Source: Bryobacterales bacterium
GTDB taxonomy: Bacteria; Acidobacteriota; Terriglobia; Bryobacterales; UBA6623
Assembly (NCBI GenBank): GCA_963422375.2
Contig: OY729427.2
Location: 1,600,001-1,664,000 of the forward strand
Direction of reading: 5' to 3'
DNA: 64,000 bases
A program made the position numbers and the translations under genes. Positions 54,455 through 64,000 of this stretch are shown in pieces; the first letter of the stretch is position 1, and each line of letters starts with the position of its first letter. The notes beneath the pieces are model-generated. The model was given only the letters and a program-made list of their open reading frames with translations, searched no databases and was not told where the DNA came from.

Positions 54455-56455
54455 ATGGACCCGCGCATCGAAAAGCTCAAGTCGACCACTTTTTTCGGGC
54501 ACCGCCTGACGCGCAAGCAGATCGCCGGCATCCGGGAAACCGTGGAGACGTTCCCGGCCCTCAGCCGCACCGAGCTGGGCCACACGATTTGCGAGCACTT
54601 GCGCTGGCAGACGCCCGGGGGCAACAATCGCATCCAGCTGGCCCTGCGCCTGCTGGAGGCGCTCGAGGGCCTCGACATCGTGCAGCTGCCGCCGTTGCGC
54701 GAGGGCCCCAAGCGCGGCAAGGAAGCCCCGCCCCGCTGGACCAGCCGCAGCGACCCGCGGCCGCCCGTCGAGGACTCTCTGGCCGACCTGACGCCGCTCC
54801 AGCTGCAGGCGGTCTGCGCTCCGGAGAAGGTCGAGGAGTGGAAGGAATGGCTCGACCGGTACCACTATCTGGGCTATCGCCATCCGTTCGGCCCCCACCT
54901 GCGCTACTGGCTCCTAGACCGCCGCCAGCGCAAGCTGGGCTGCATGCTGTTCGCCTACGGGAGCAAGACGCTGGCTTGCCGCGACGAGTGGATCGGCTGG
55001 CAGGGCCAAGCCCATCGCAAGCAGCTCGACCTGGTGCTGGGCCAAGCGCGCTTCCTGCTGTTCCCGTGGGTGCGGGTGCGCAACCTGGCCTCGAAGGCCT
55101 TGGCGCTGGCGCTGCGGCAGCTGCCGGCGGACTGGGAGCGGCTGCACGGCCGCTGTCCGGTTCTCGTGGAGACCTTCGTCGACCTGGAGCGCTTCCACGG
55201 CACCTGCTACCGGGCCGCCAACTGGCAGTTGCTGGGCACCACCAAGGGCCGCAAGTCAAGCGGGAGAGCGCCCGCCCAGCCCCCCAAGGGCGTCTTCGTG
55301 CGACCGCTGCACCCGCGCTGGCGGCAGATTCTGCTCGACAGGCCGCGGCCCTCGGCCAAGCCCGCGCGGAGGTCGGCCAAGGAGGCTGCGAGCGAGCCGC
55401 CGAGGGTGAGCAACGAGTTCGTGCAGCTGTGGCGGGGCGTCGTCGGCACACTGACGAGCGTGGCAAACGCCTGGGACCGGACCTGGCTGAAGCGCCAGCG
55501 CAGCATCAACACCCTGCTGGTGATGATGTTCGTCTACCGCCTGGCGCTCGCGCCCGACCGCCAGCGCTACGCGCTGACCCTGTCCGAGCTATGGGAGCAG
55601 TGCCGACAGCTCGGCATCGCTCTGCCGCAGGCGCGACCGGTCGCGGCCTCGTCCATCTGCGCGGCCCGCTCCAAGGTCGGCGAGGAGGTCTTCCGCACGT
55701 TCCACCGCGCCCTGCTGGAGCAAGCCCGCCAGGCCGTGCCCGAGCGCTTCTGGCACGGCCACCGCGTCTTCGCCGTCGACGGCTCCAAGCTCAACCTGCC
55801 CCGGCCTCTGCTGGACGCCGGCTTTAGCACGCCCGGGCCCGAGGCGCAGTACCCGCAAGGCCTGCTCAGCTGCCTGTACCAGTTGCAAGCCGGCCTGCCG
55901 GTCGATTTCGACCTGCTGGCTCGGGCCGACGAGCGCGCCGCCGCCCGCGGGCATCTGGCGGCGCTGCAACGCGGCGACGCGGTCGTCTACGACCAGGGCT
56001 ACTACTCCTTCCGCCTGCTGCACGCCCACGCCCGGCGCGGCGTGCATGCCGTCTTCCGCCTCGAGCGCAACGCCAACGACCCGTTCCAGGCCTTCGCCGA
56101 CGGCGACCGCGACGACGCCCTGCTGCTCCTCGCGCCCGGTGCCGACTTGCGTCGGCGCCATCCCGAGGAGGACCTGCGGCCCTGCCGGCTGCGGCTGGTA
56201 CGCTACACGGTCGCCGACAGCCCCTACGCGCTGGCCACCACGCTGCTGGACCCCCGGCGCTACCCGGTCGGCGCGCTGTCCAAGCTGTACCACGGGCGCT
56301 GGAGCATCGAGGAGTTGCACGAGATCTCGAAGCAGCTGCCGGACGTGGAGGCCTTTCACGGCCAGAGCGAGCGCACGGTCCGGCAGGAACTGTACGCCCG
56401 CTTCAACCTGATCGCGATGATGCGGCTGTCATCCAACCGCAGCGAGGCGGACTAG
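54455..56455 (+). mobile_element. IS4-family DDE transposase fused to an N-terminal DUF4338 (DruA-like) domain; C-terminus decayed
   Basis: N-half: SRTEL..TICE.L.W, RYHYLGY, RDEWIGW, RFLLFPW..VRNLASK, P.LVETFVD, GTCYRAANW..LG.T.GR. C-half DDE: AVDGSK, VYDQGY, YHGRWSIEE. Transposase-like fragments continue out of frame to about 56648. Confidence 0.85.
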
Positions 56456-56639
56456 CGCGCCGCAGGGCATGCAGGGGACCTTCAAGCACGGCCCTCGGAG
56501 CGTAGCGCGCGACCTCGAGGCTCTGTTCCTGCGTCAGGCCAGCCTGGCCGGGGGGCCGGCAGCCGCATCCTCGACGCTCTCCCCTCCAGCCGGCAGCGGC
56601 GGTGCCTCGGCTGGGAGCGGCCGTCGAAGGGAACCGGTC

Positions 56640-58844
56640 GGTCAGCGATTCGCGTGCTGTTGCCGCCGTGGACCGAAGGCTCGGCGCACCACTGCCGCCG
56701 CAGCAGATCCAGCCCTTCCTCCAAGCCCGCGTCGAGCCCTAGGACGCTCGCCGGCCCGAACGGCAGGCCCCGGTCGAGGACCTTGCGGCTCTCGTCCCGC
56801 CAAGCCTCGTTCGCGGGTCGCATATTCCTCGCCATGCCGTCCTTGAACAGGGCGCGGCAGCGATCCAGCTGCCCGTCCGTCAGGGTGCGCGGGTCGAGCA
56901 CCGGCAGCCCGGGCAGGCCGGTGCTCGTAATCATCGAGCGGCCCGACTGCTGGCGCGTCCCTGTCCACGAATGCATGAGCAGGCCCGGCGTCGAATTGCA
57001 CCACAGCAGCAGCTCGTAACGCTCGCGGGCCGGCAGGACGGTCGGCCACGCCCTGCCTCCTAGGCACGCATCCTCCGAGAGGCACATTGCGAGGCTTTGG
57101 GAGTTCAATCGGAAGTCGCGGCTGGCGTGCAGGCGGGACGCCGCACGGTTCCAGCGCTCCAGCGCCCGCTCCTCGTCCCCCGGGCGGGGATCCCCGCACG
57201 AGTCGGGCGGCACGACGAACCGGCGCTCCCGCTCGGCGGAATGCGTCCACAGCATGGGGTACGTCGGCACTTCGCCGGGGCGAACGCGCCGCACGACGAA
57301 GGGGCCTTGCGGAGGTCCCGTCTTGTTGCGATCCGTGGGACCTCCGCTGATGTCTCGGTCGACCAAGCCCCGCTTGGCGATAGTGCCGAGCGTCGTGACC
57401 GCCAGTTCGACCGCCTGCGTCGTCCGGGGCAGACGGAGCTGACCCGCAGCCAGGCTGCGGGCCGCCTCGATGACGCTCGCGGACCGAACGCCCGCCGGGC
57501 CTGCGTCGAGGATGCTGCCCCGCACGGCAGGGCCCCCGGTGTTCTTCGCCTCTGCCGCGGCTTCCAGAAGGGAAGAGGGCCGTGCCGCCAGGTTGAAGTA
57601 CGTCGTCTCGCCTCCGCCGCCCTTCGTGGCCACCACCAGGCATTCGGCCATGCCGGTGTCCGTGGAGAACGCCCGCGCCGTTGAGCCGCTGGCGACGATG
57701 GATGTGACCTGAATGTCCTTGTAGCGCGCCCTCAGCGCCTGTCGCGCTCGCTTCCACGACCTGCTCCTGGCGAACGCGAACGGCAGGACCGAGGCCAGCG
57801 CGCCGCCGTCCTTCAGCTTGCGGTGCGCCAGGTCCATGAAGTTCGACGCCAAGCCGGCATGGCCGCTGCCGAAGAGGGACCCGGACTTTCTGAGACGCCG
57901 CCCCATCGCCTGCTGCTCCTCGCTCGACGTGCCGAAGCCCGCGAACGACGGTACCGGGATTCCGGCGCGGGCGGATTCGTGGTTCGTGGGGCGCGTGAAC
58001 GGCGGGTTCATGATCACTAGATCGCAGGAGCCGTCCCTGACCGTGACGCTGTGCTGCCCGTGGCTGGCTGATTCCGTGCCGCCCACGGCCGCGGCGAACA
58101 GCGAGTACGCGTGCTCGGAATCCAGCAGATCCAGCGCCCCGATGTGCGTCCCGCCGCCGTCGATTCCGTAGGGCATCGTGAAGATTCGGGAATCTCCGTA
58201 GGCCAGCGCCGGGTGAGCGCTGGACAGCATCGAGCAGGTGAGATGCGTCGCCGCGGGCATGATGTCGAGCCCCGTCAGGACGCGCTCCATTAGCGCCCGG
58301 TGCAGGTCCTTGTCGTCGCCGTTGCCGCGCCGGTAGCGCCGGCACACCGCCCGCTGCGCTGCCGAGAGCAAGGCTTCGTTGCCGCAGGCGAAGTCCGCGA
58401 TCCGCAGATTCTCGATCGTGGCCCGATCCGACCAGTCCTGCTTCAGCCGCCCGCCCGCCAGCTCGGCCAACAGGCCGGCCGACTCGGGCAGGGTGTAGAA
58501 GGTGGCTAGGAACTTGCGGTCAGCGATCAGCGTCTGGAGCATCCTCCCGGTGAGGTCGTGATAGCTGGTCGCGCCTAACCCCGCAAGGGCGGCGAGAGAC
58601 TCCGCGACGTGCTCCATGACCGGCGGGACGGCCCTGAGCGGCATCTCCCGGACCAAATCGCGGGCGATGCTGAAGACCGGCCAGTAGTTGATCGCGAGAA
58701 TCGCATTCCAACTGTTCAGGAATGCGTCCTTGCAGATGGAACCTGTCGGCGGAACGGGCGGGATCCCCGGCTGCCCCTCGATCGCCGCGTGGAACACGAA
58801 GGCAGAGACGAAGATGGCGGCCGCCATGCGCTCGGTCTGCTCGC
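56640..58844 (-). pseudogene. Type IIG restriction/modification (N6-adenine MTase + TRD) gene, 5'-truncated by IS
   Basis: DRKFLATFYTLP, ADFACG (motif I, degenerate), GLDIMPAATHLT, LVIMNPPFTR (motif IV), WC.EPSVHGG. Homology stops exactly at the IS terminus at 58845. Confidence 0.85.
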
Positions 58845-60560
58845 CAGCGATTCTCAATTTGGGCATTTGGGGATTTCCAGAGTGTCTGAGAAAGGTGTCG
58901 AAGGCAGTCTGGCACTTGACTTTTCCTAGCGGAATGTGTGGGCTGGGGTGAATGCCCCATGTCCTGGATTCGCTGCCGAGCGCCTTCCGCGAGACGGCCG
59001 CCGGCCTGCCCGACCGGCGCGAGGGTCGCAGCAACAAGCGCTACGAGGTCAGCGACGCCGCCGGTTGCGCCCCGGCCTGCTTCTGCACCCGGTGCGAGTC
59101 GTTGCTCGCGTTCCAGCGGCGCATGGAGCGGGACGGCTCCCGCTGCAACTGCCGGACCCTGTTGGGCGCGGGCCGCATCCCCTGCGACAATCGGATCCGC
59201 AACTTGCTCGACGACCGCGACCCGGCCGCGTTCGACCCGCCGTTCCGGCCGTGCCTCGAAACCGTGGCCGCGCAGGGCGCGCTCGCGCCCTTCCAGCGCC
59301 TCGACGAGCGCCTGCCGGCGGCTCCGGACGGCGTCCGGTTCCACCGCTCCGACACGGTGCATTGCCCGCAGTGCTCGGTGCGGCGCGTCGGCAGCGAGCG
59401 CCGGCCGCATCACTTCCGCACCATGGCCGTCGGCCACCGCGGTGGCCGACGGCCACGCCACCGTCCTGCCGCTGATGCCCGAGTTCGCGCGCCCGCAGCA
59501 GGACGCGGCCGCGACCCGCGCCGACATGAGCGAGGACGAGCGCAAGCGGGACTGCGAGCGCAACGCCGCCAAGCGCTGGCTCGCCGCTCACGGCGCCTGG
59601 CTGCAGGCCTGCCGCCCCGTCCTGCCGGGCGACGACCTGCACTGCTGCCAGCCGGTCTGCGAGGCCGCCGCGGCGGCCGGCATGGACTGCATCCGGGTAG
59701 GCAAGCCCGGATCCCGCAAGCACTTGCACGAGGTGCCGGAGAGCCGGCGGGCGAGCGGCGCGGTGCGCTCGACCGGCTGGCTGCCGCGGCGCGGGAAGGG
59801 CAAGCGGTCCGAGCGGCACCGTTTCCGCCGGACGGCCGCGGCGCCCCTGCGCAAGGGCCGCGACGCCCTGCAGGGCACTTGGATCGAGTACGCCGTGGAG
59901 CGCGACGGCAAGCGCACCTGCGCCAGCAGCTTCTTCGCCGGTCTCGCGGTCACCGCGGACAACGCGGAGCGGATCGCGCGGGCCGGCCGGGCGCGCTGGA
60001 AGATCGAGAACGAGGGCTTCAACTGCCTGGCGCGGCACGGCCGCAACTGCAAGCGCAACTTCGGGCACGGCAAGGAAGGGCCGGCCAACGTGCCGGCCGT
60101 GCCGAACCCGTTCGCCTTCGCGCTCCACGCCGTGCTGCAGTGCGTCTGCGCGCTGTGGCAGCAGTGCCGGCGCCAGCCGGTCACGCGCCGCGCCCTGTTC
60201 CGGGAGCTGCAGGTCGCGCTGCGCTGGTTCCGCTTCCCGGACCGGCCGACGCTGCTGGCGGCGGTGCGCGCCGGACGCGCGCCTCCGGGCTGCCAGGCAG
60301 CCGGGGCCTGGACTCCGCGCAGTTTCGTGCCGGCAGCGTCCGGCCAGCGGCCGGCCGTCAAAGCCGGCTACCGCCGGAGTGCGTCCGGCCGCGGGCTCGG
60401 CACTCGGCGGACCCGCGACGCGGGCCGCGCCACGGCCCTGCCCGCCGTCCGACGCTCCCGCGGGGCGGCCTCGGGAGCGCAACCTCTCGGTCAACTTATT
60501 CACCTCATCCTCCGAAACAACGTTCACGCACCCCCTTGACGGCTAAACTTAGAACCGCTG
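58845..60560 (+). mobile_element. ISNCY-type insertion sequence, 1716 bp, with terminal inverted repeats
   Basis: Left end CAGCGATTCTCAATTTGG; reverse complement of the right end CAGCGGTTCTAAGTTTAG; encloses a transposase pseudogene. Confidence 0.8.
58952..60539 (+). pseudogene. ISNCY-family transposase, frameshifted
   Basis: LPDRREGRSNKRYEVSDA, S.LAFQRRM, IPCDNRIRNLLD, DGV.FHRS..VHCPQC, then a +1 shift near 59426, then KRDCERNAAKRW, GDDL, GRARWKIENEGFN, NFGHG. True 3' end probably near 60290. Confidence 0.82.
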
Positions 60561-60933
60561 GCAAGTTGCGGATCTGGTTGTCGCAGGGGATGCGGCCCAC
60601 GCCGAACAGGGTCCGGCAGTTGGAGCGGGAGCCGTCCCGCTCCATGCGCCGCTGGAACGCGAGCAACGACTCGCACCGGGTGCAGAAGCAGGCCGGGGCG
60701 CACCAGGGCGCAACCGGCGGCGTCGCTGACCTCGTAGCGCTTGTTGCTGCGACCCTCGCGCCGGTCGGGCAGGCCGGCGGCCGTCTCGCGGAAGGCGCTC
60801 AGCAGCGAGTCCAGGACATGGGGCATGCACCCTAGCTCACAAATTCCGCAAGGAAAAGTCAAGTGCCAGACTGCCTTCGACACCTTTCTCAGACACTCTG
60901 GAAATCCCAAAATGCCCAAATTGAGAATCGCTG
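60561..60933 (-). mobile_element. Inverted partial second copy (left end) of the same ISNCY element
   Basis: Reverse complement matches 58845-59207 with scattered substitutions and a 10-bp insertion; begins directly at the right TIR of the full copy. Confidence 0.9.
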
Positions 60934-61745
60934 CCGCAACCCGCAGCCACTGGACTGCCTGTTCGATCTTCAGCCTGCGACATCTCGCTGCTGGACGGCG
61001 GGCGCCCGCCCGCGGCAGCCCGCCCGAACCCGCCAGGCCCGGGGCTGGGGCAAGACCCACCAGGCGAGATCCTCCCGGTCAGCCTCCCGCGCGGACGCCA
61101 GCCCCTCCGCTGGCCGCGCGCGAGACCGGCAACCTTGCAGGAGTCCTCCTGGCGCATTCGGACTGCCGACCGCAACACCCGGTCCGGACCTGCCCGACCG
61201 TATCCTGCAACCCCTATCGGCGAAGACCAACTCGCAAGACACCAGTCCACGACCGCGTTCCCTCACGCCCCCTCCTCGCGTCGGACGGCCCAACGCGCAC
61301 GCCGAGCTCTCCCTAGCCCGCAACCGCCCGCAAGCAGAATCGAGAATTCCGCCTTCCACGAGGTTCCCGCGGCCATCCTAGCCAGCGGAACCGGAATCCC
61401 GGGTCTCGATCGAATCGACCCAGCGCACGGCTCGACGCGCAAGCCGGTCGACTTCGCCGGACATCCTGCCTGCGTGGCGCATGGGCAGCAAGGGCCTTGT
61501 GCCGGAACGACTCCACCTCGAGGGATCGCAGAGCCTCCGCTCGTCGAGAGAGCAGCGAAGCGCCAGGCCCCAGGCTGCGGCAGCCGACACCGGGCCCCGT
61601 CCACGACCTCTGAGTGCGGCCGAGCCGCAGGCTCCCGTCGGAGGGACACCGGCGGGCCTACTGCCGGGATTCCGCCCTCCGCGCAGTCCGAGACCGCACC
61701 GGCGCGCTGTCGGGGGTGCCGGGAGGGACCGGTCGCAGGGAGCCC

Positions 61746-63443
61746 TCAATCGACCCCGCCCCCTGACACTCGCCTGTATTCGAGGAGCGCGGACGGCCCG
61801 GCGATATCGACCACGCGAACGATCCGTTCGCGACCGTCCGAGCCGGCCAGGTGCACTTCCTCCCCGAGATCGAATCGATACGGCTGCCGTTCCCCGCCGT
61901 TCACGGCGACCCTGTCGGCCCGAAGGTACTTCCTGCGATGCGCGTCCGACGAAACCTTCAACAGCCCCTTCAACGCCGGGACCTCTCCCTCCCCGTTCGG
62001 AAACAGGACCGCGCCGCCGTCCGAGAGCGGTTTCAGCGTGACAGGCAGGGCGCGTTCCGCAGGGATCCATTCCTGCTCCACGTGAGCCGCGAAACCTCCG
62101 GCCGCCACGTAGACCGTCACGGGCCGATAGGGCGTGTGCAATTGGAAGCGGGCCTCGCCGCTTGCATTGGTGACCGCATGCTTGCAGTCCGCGTTCGGAA
62201 CGACACCCAGCACGTCGGCATCGGCAACGGGTCGGTCGTTCGCGAAGACCGTCAGCGATAGCTCTGCACTCCGCATGCCCACCCCGCGCGCCATGGTCCA
62301 CGGCACGAGATCCCCGTCGGCTCGCTGCTGGTACTCGTCCCCTCCGTAGACGACCTGCATGGAGCAGTCTCCCGGCAGGTCGGAGAAGAGCCGTCGCGTG
62401 CGCCCGGCGCGAGCCAAGAGACTCCTTGACGGCGTCGCGGACGACTTGGCCTCCACCAATCGCAGGCCGTCCGCATGCTCGATGACAAGATCGACCTCCG
62501 CGCCGCTACGGTCGCGGAAGTACGTCAGCCCTCCGGACTCGCCTAGATTCATCCGATTCTTGACGATCTCCGAGACCACCCACGTCTCGAAGATCGCCCC
62601 CCGCAGCGGATGCGAACGCACCTGTCCGGGCTCGCGGATGCCGAGCAGCCAACACGCCAAGCCCGTGTCGTGGAAATACAGTTTCGGCACCTTCACGAGG
62701 CGCTTGCGGATGTTCCGGTGAAACGCGGGCAGGCGGAAGACGATGAAGCTCGCCTCGAGGATGCTCAGCCATGCCTTGGCGGTCGGCTGCGAAACGCCGC
62801 AGTCGCCCGCCAGCGACGAGTAGTTGATCATCTGCCCGGTTCGACCGGCGCAGAGTTCAAGAAATCGCTGAAACGTTACTAGATCGCCCACATTCTTGAG
62901 CGCTCGCACGTCACGCTCCAGATAGGTAGCGACGTACGAGCGCAACCACCCTGGCGCTTCAAGATTCCGGTCGAAGATGCGCGGGTACGCCCCGGCGTGC
63001 AGCGCTTCCTCAATGCTCCCGGGTGGATTCTCGAATCGCCTGATCTCGCCGAGCGCCAATGGCAGGAGGTGGTAGACCGCAGTGCGGCCTGCAAGGGACT
63101 GGCTGACCGACCCGAGCAACGAAAGGTTCTGCGACCCGCTGAGGATCCATCGCCCGGGCGTGCCGTCGTCATCAATCATGCCTTGCAAGTAGGACAGCAG
63201 GTCCGGGACGCGCTGCACTTCGTCAAGGACGGCACCTTGCGGGAACTGAGCCAGAAATCCTCTAGCATCTGTCTCAGCGAAGGCACGGGCGTCCGGTGCC
63301 TCCAGCGTGACGTACGGATGACTCGGAAACAGCATCCGGCACAGCGTCGTCTTCCCGCTCTGACGCGGCCCAGTGACGGTGACCGACGGCATCTGAGCCG
63401 CCGCTCGGAGCAGTTCCGGTGCTAAATCGCGGGCAATCGTCAC
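61746..63443 (-). CDS. AAA_14 ATPase + DUF4143 protein with extra C-terminal beta-rich domain
   Basis: GPRQSGKTT, LDEVQR, LSGSQ, QSLAGR, TYLERDV, KRLVK.PKLYF.DTGL, GAIFE, EVDLV...VEAKS, then about 170 aa extension. GTG start 7 nt after TGCTAGAAT. Confidence 0.88.
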   Translation of the reverse strand: MTIARDLAPELLRAAAQMPSVTVTGPRQSGKTTLCRMLFPSHPYVTLEAPDARAFAETDARGFLAQFPQGAVLDEVQRVPDLLSYLQGMIDDDGTPGRWILSGSQNLSLLGSVSQSLAGRTAVYHLLPLALGEIRRFENPPGSIEEALHAGAYPRIFDRNLEAPGWLRSYVATYLERDVRALKNVGDLVTFQRFLELCAGRTGQMINYSSLAGDCGVSQPTAKAWLSILEASFIVFRLPAFHRNIRKRLVKVPKLYFHDTGLACWLLGIREPGQVRSHPLRGAIFETWVVSEIVKNRMNLGESGGLTYFRDRSGAEVDLVIEHADGLRLVEAKSSATPSRSLLARAGRTRRLFSDLPGDCSMQVVYGGDEYQQRADGDLVPWTMARGVGMRSAELSLTVFANDRPVADADVLGVVPNADCKHAVTNASGEARFQLHTPYRPVTVYVAAGGFAAHVEQEWIPAERALPVTLKPLSDGGAVLFPNGEGEVPALKGLLKVSSDAHRRKYLRADRVAVNGGERQPYRFDLGEEVHLAGSDGRERIVRVVDIAGPSALLEYRRVSGGGVD

Positions 63444-64000
63444 TTGGCGCATTCTAGCACGAAATGCGGCTGATTCAAAATCTCATTTTGAATCAGCCGC
63501 ATCTTGGCCCGGCTGCTCGGTGCCGGAGTCCAGCCGCTCGGGGGAGAGTTGCCTGACGAATGCGCGCCGCCGCCCCACGCATTCGCCGACTCAGACGCGG
63601 GCCGAGGGCGTGTCGCATGCTCTCGCGGAGCGGTCCGGGAGCCGGAGCGAACCGATGGTCACTCGGTCGCTGCCTGCGCTTAGATGCGGGCTCCCTCTCC
63701 GGCGGCGGAGCGAAGAGCTGCTCGTGACGTCTGGCTGCGGTCTGAACACCGTCCCGTTGCGAGATCCTGATTCCGAGCTCCTTGCGGAGGGCGGTCACCC
63801 AGGCGCAGTCCGCCATCACGGCGTGCGGACGCGACGCCAGCGCGTCTTCCGATCTGCAAGTGCGACTCTGGATGCACGGACGGCCGGCTGTACACCGCTC
63901 GCTGGCCCAAAGGCCTGCCGGTTCTCGGTACTGATCGTTGGCGAGCGCCTAAGCCTCTCGCAGCGAGTCGCGCCGCACCAAGGAGAGATCCATCACCTCC

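Noticed and set aside
60934..61745. Possible displaced 5' end of the type IIG gene (KIEQAV fragment)
   Set aside because: The similarity is only a few residues in a scrambled frame; unsupported without a search.
63460..64000. Minus-strand frame EVMDLSLVRRDSLREA*...
   Set aside because: Stop-interrupted, truncated by the window edge, and no recognisable family.

Overview
GC-rich (roughly 65-70%) bacterial chromosomal segment, most likely from Acidobacteriota (Bryobacterales/Solibacter-like), because it encodes two proteins with the Solibacter-type TIGR03437 C-terminal domain and an acidobacterial-type DnaA. The window spans the replication-origin region: gyrB-dnaN-[oriC with DnaA boxes and DnaA-trios]-dnaA. 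About 16-18 kb away lies mnmG-rsmG-parA-parB, with two parS palindromes at the rsmG 3' end. Housekeeping genes include gatC/gatA, rsmI, leuB, larE, bcp, pyrB/pyrC, dacB, hemB, yebC (frameshifted), ruvC, purD, greA, argS and alr. Several pseudogenes are decaying: a ThDP enzyme, an MmeI-like and a type IIG restriction-modification gene, and transposases. The right end (54-64 kb) is a mobile/defence island with a DUF4338(DruA-like)-IS4 DDE fusion transposase, an ISNCY element followed by an inverted partial copy, and an AAA-DUF4143 protein with an extra C-terminal domain. The most notable observations are: (1) G-ending DnaA boxes together with altered DnaA recognition residues, with one box identical to a parS half-site; (2) nested phage-sheath-like modules inserted in a secreted NHL/TIGR03437 protein; (3) frequent leaderless promoters; (4) apparent AT-to-GC drift in pseudogenes. 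All family assignments come from motif recognition by eye, with no database search.
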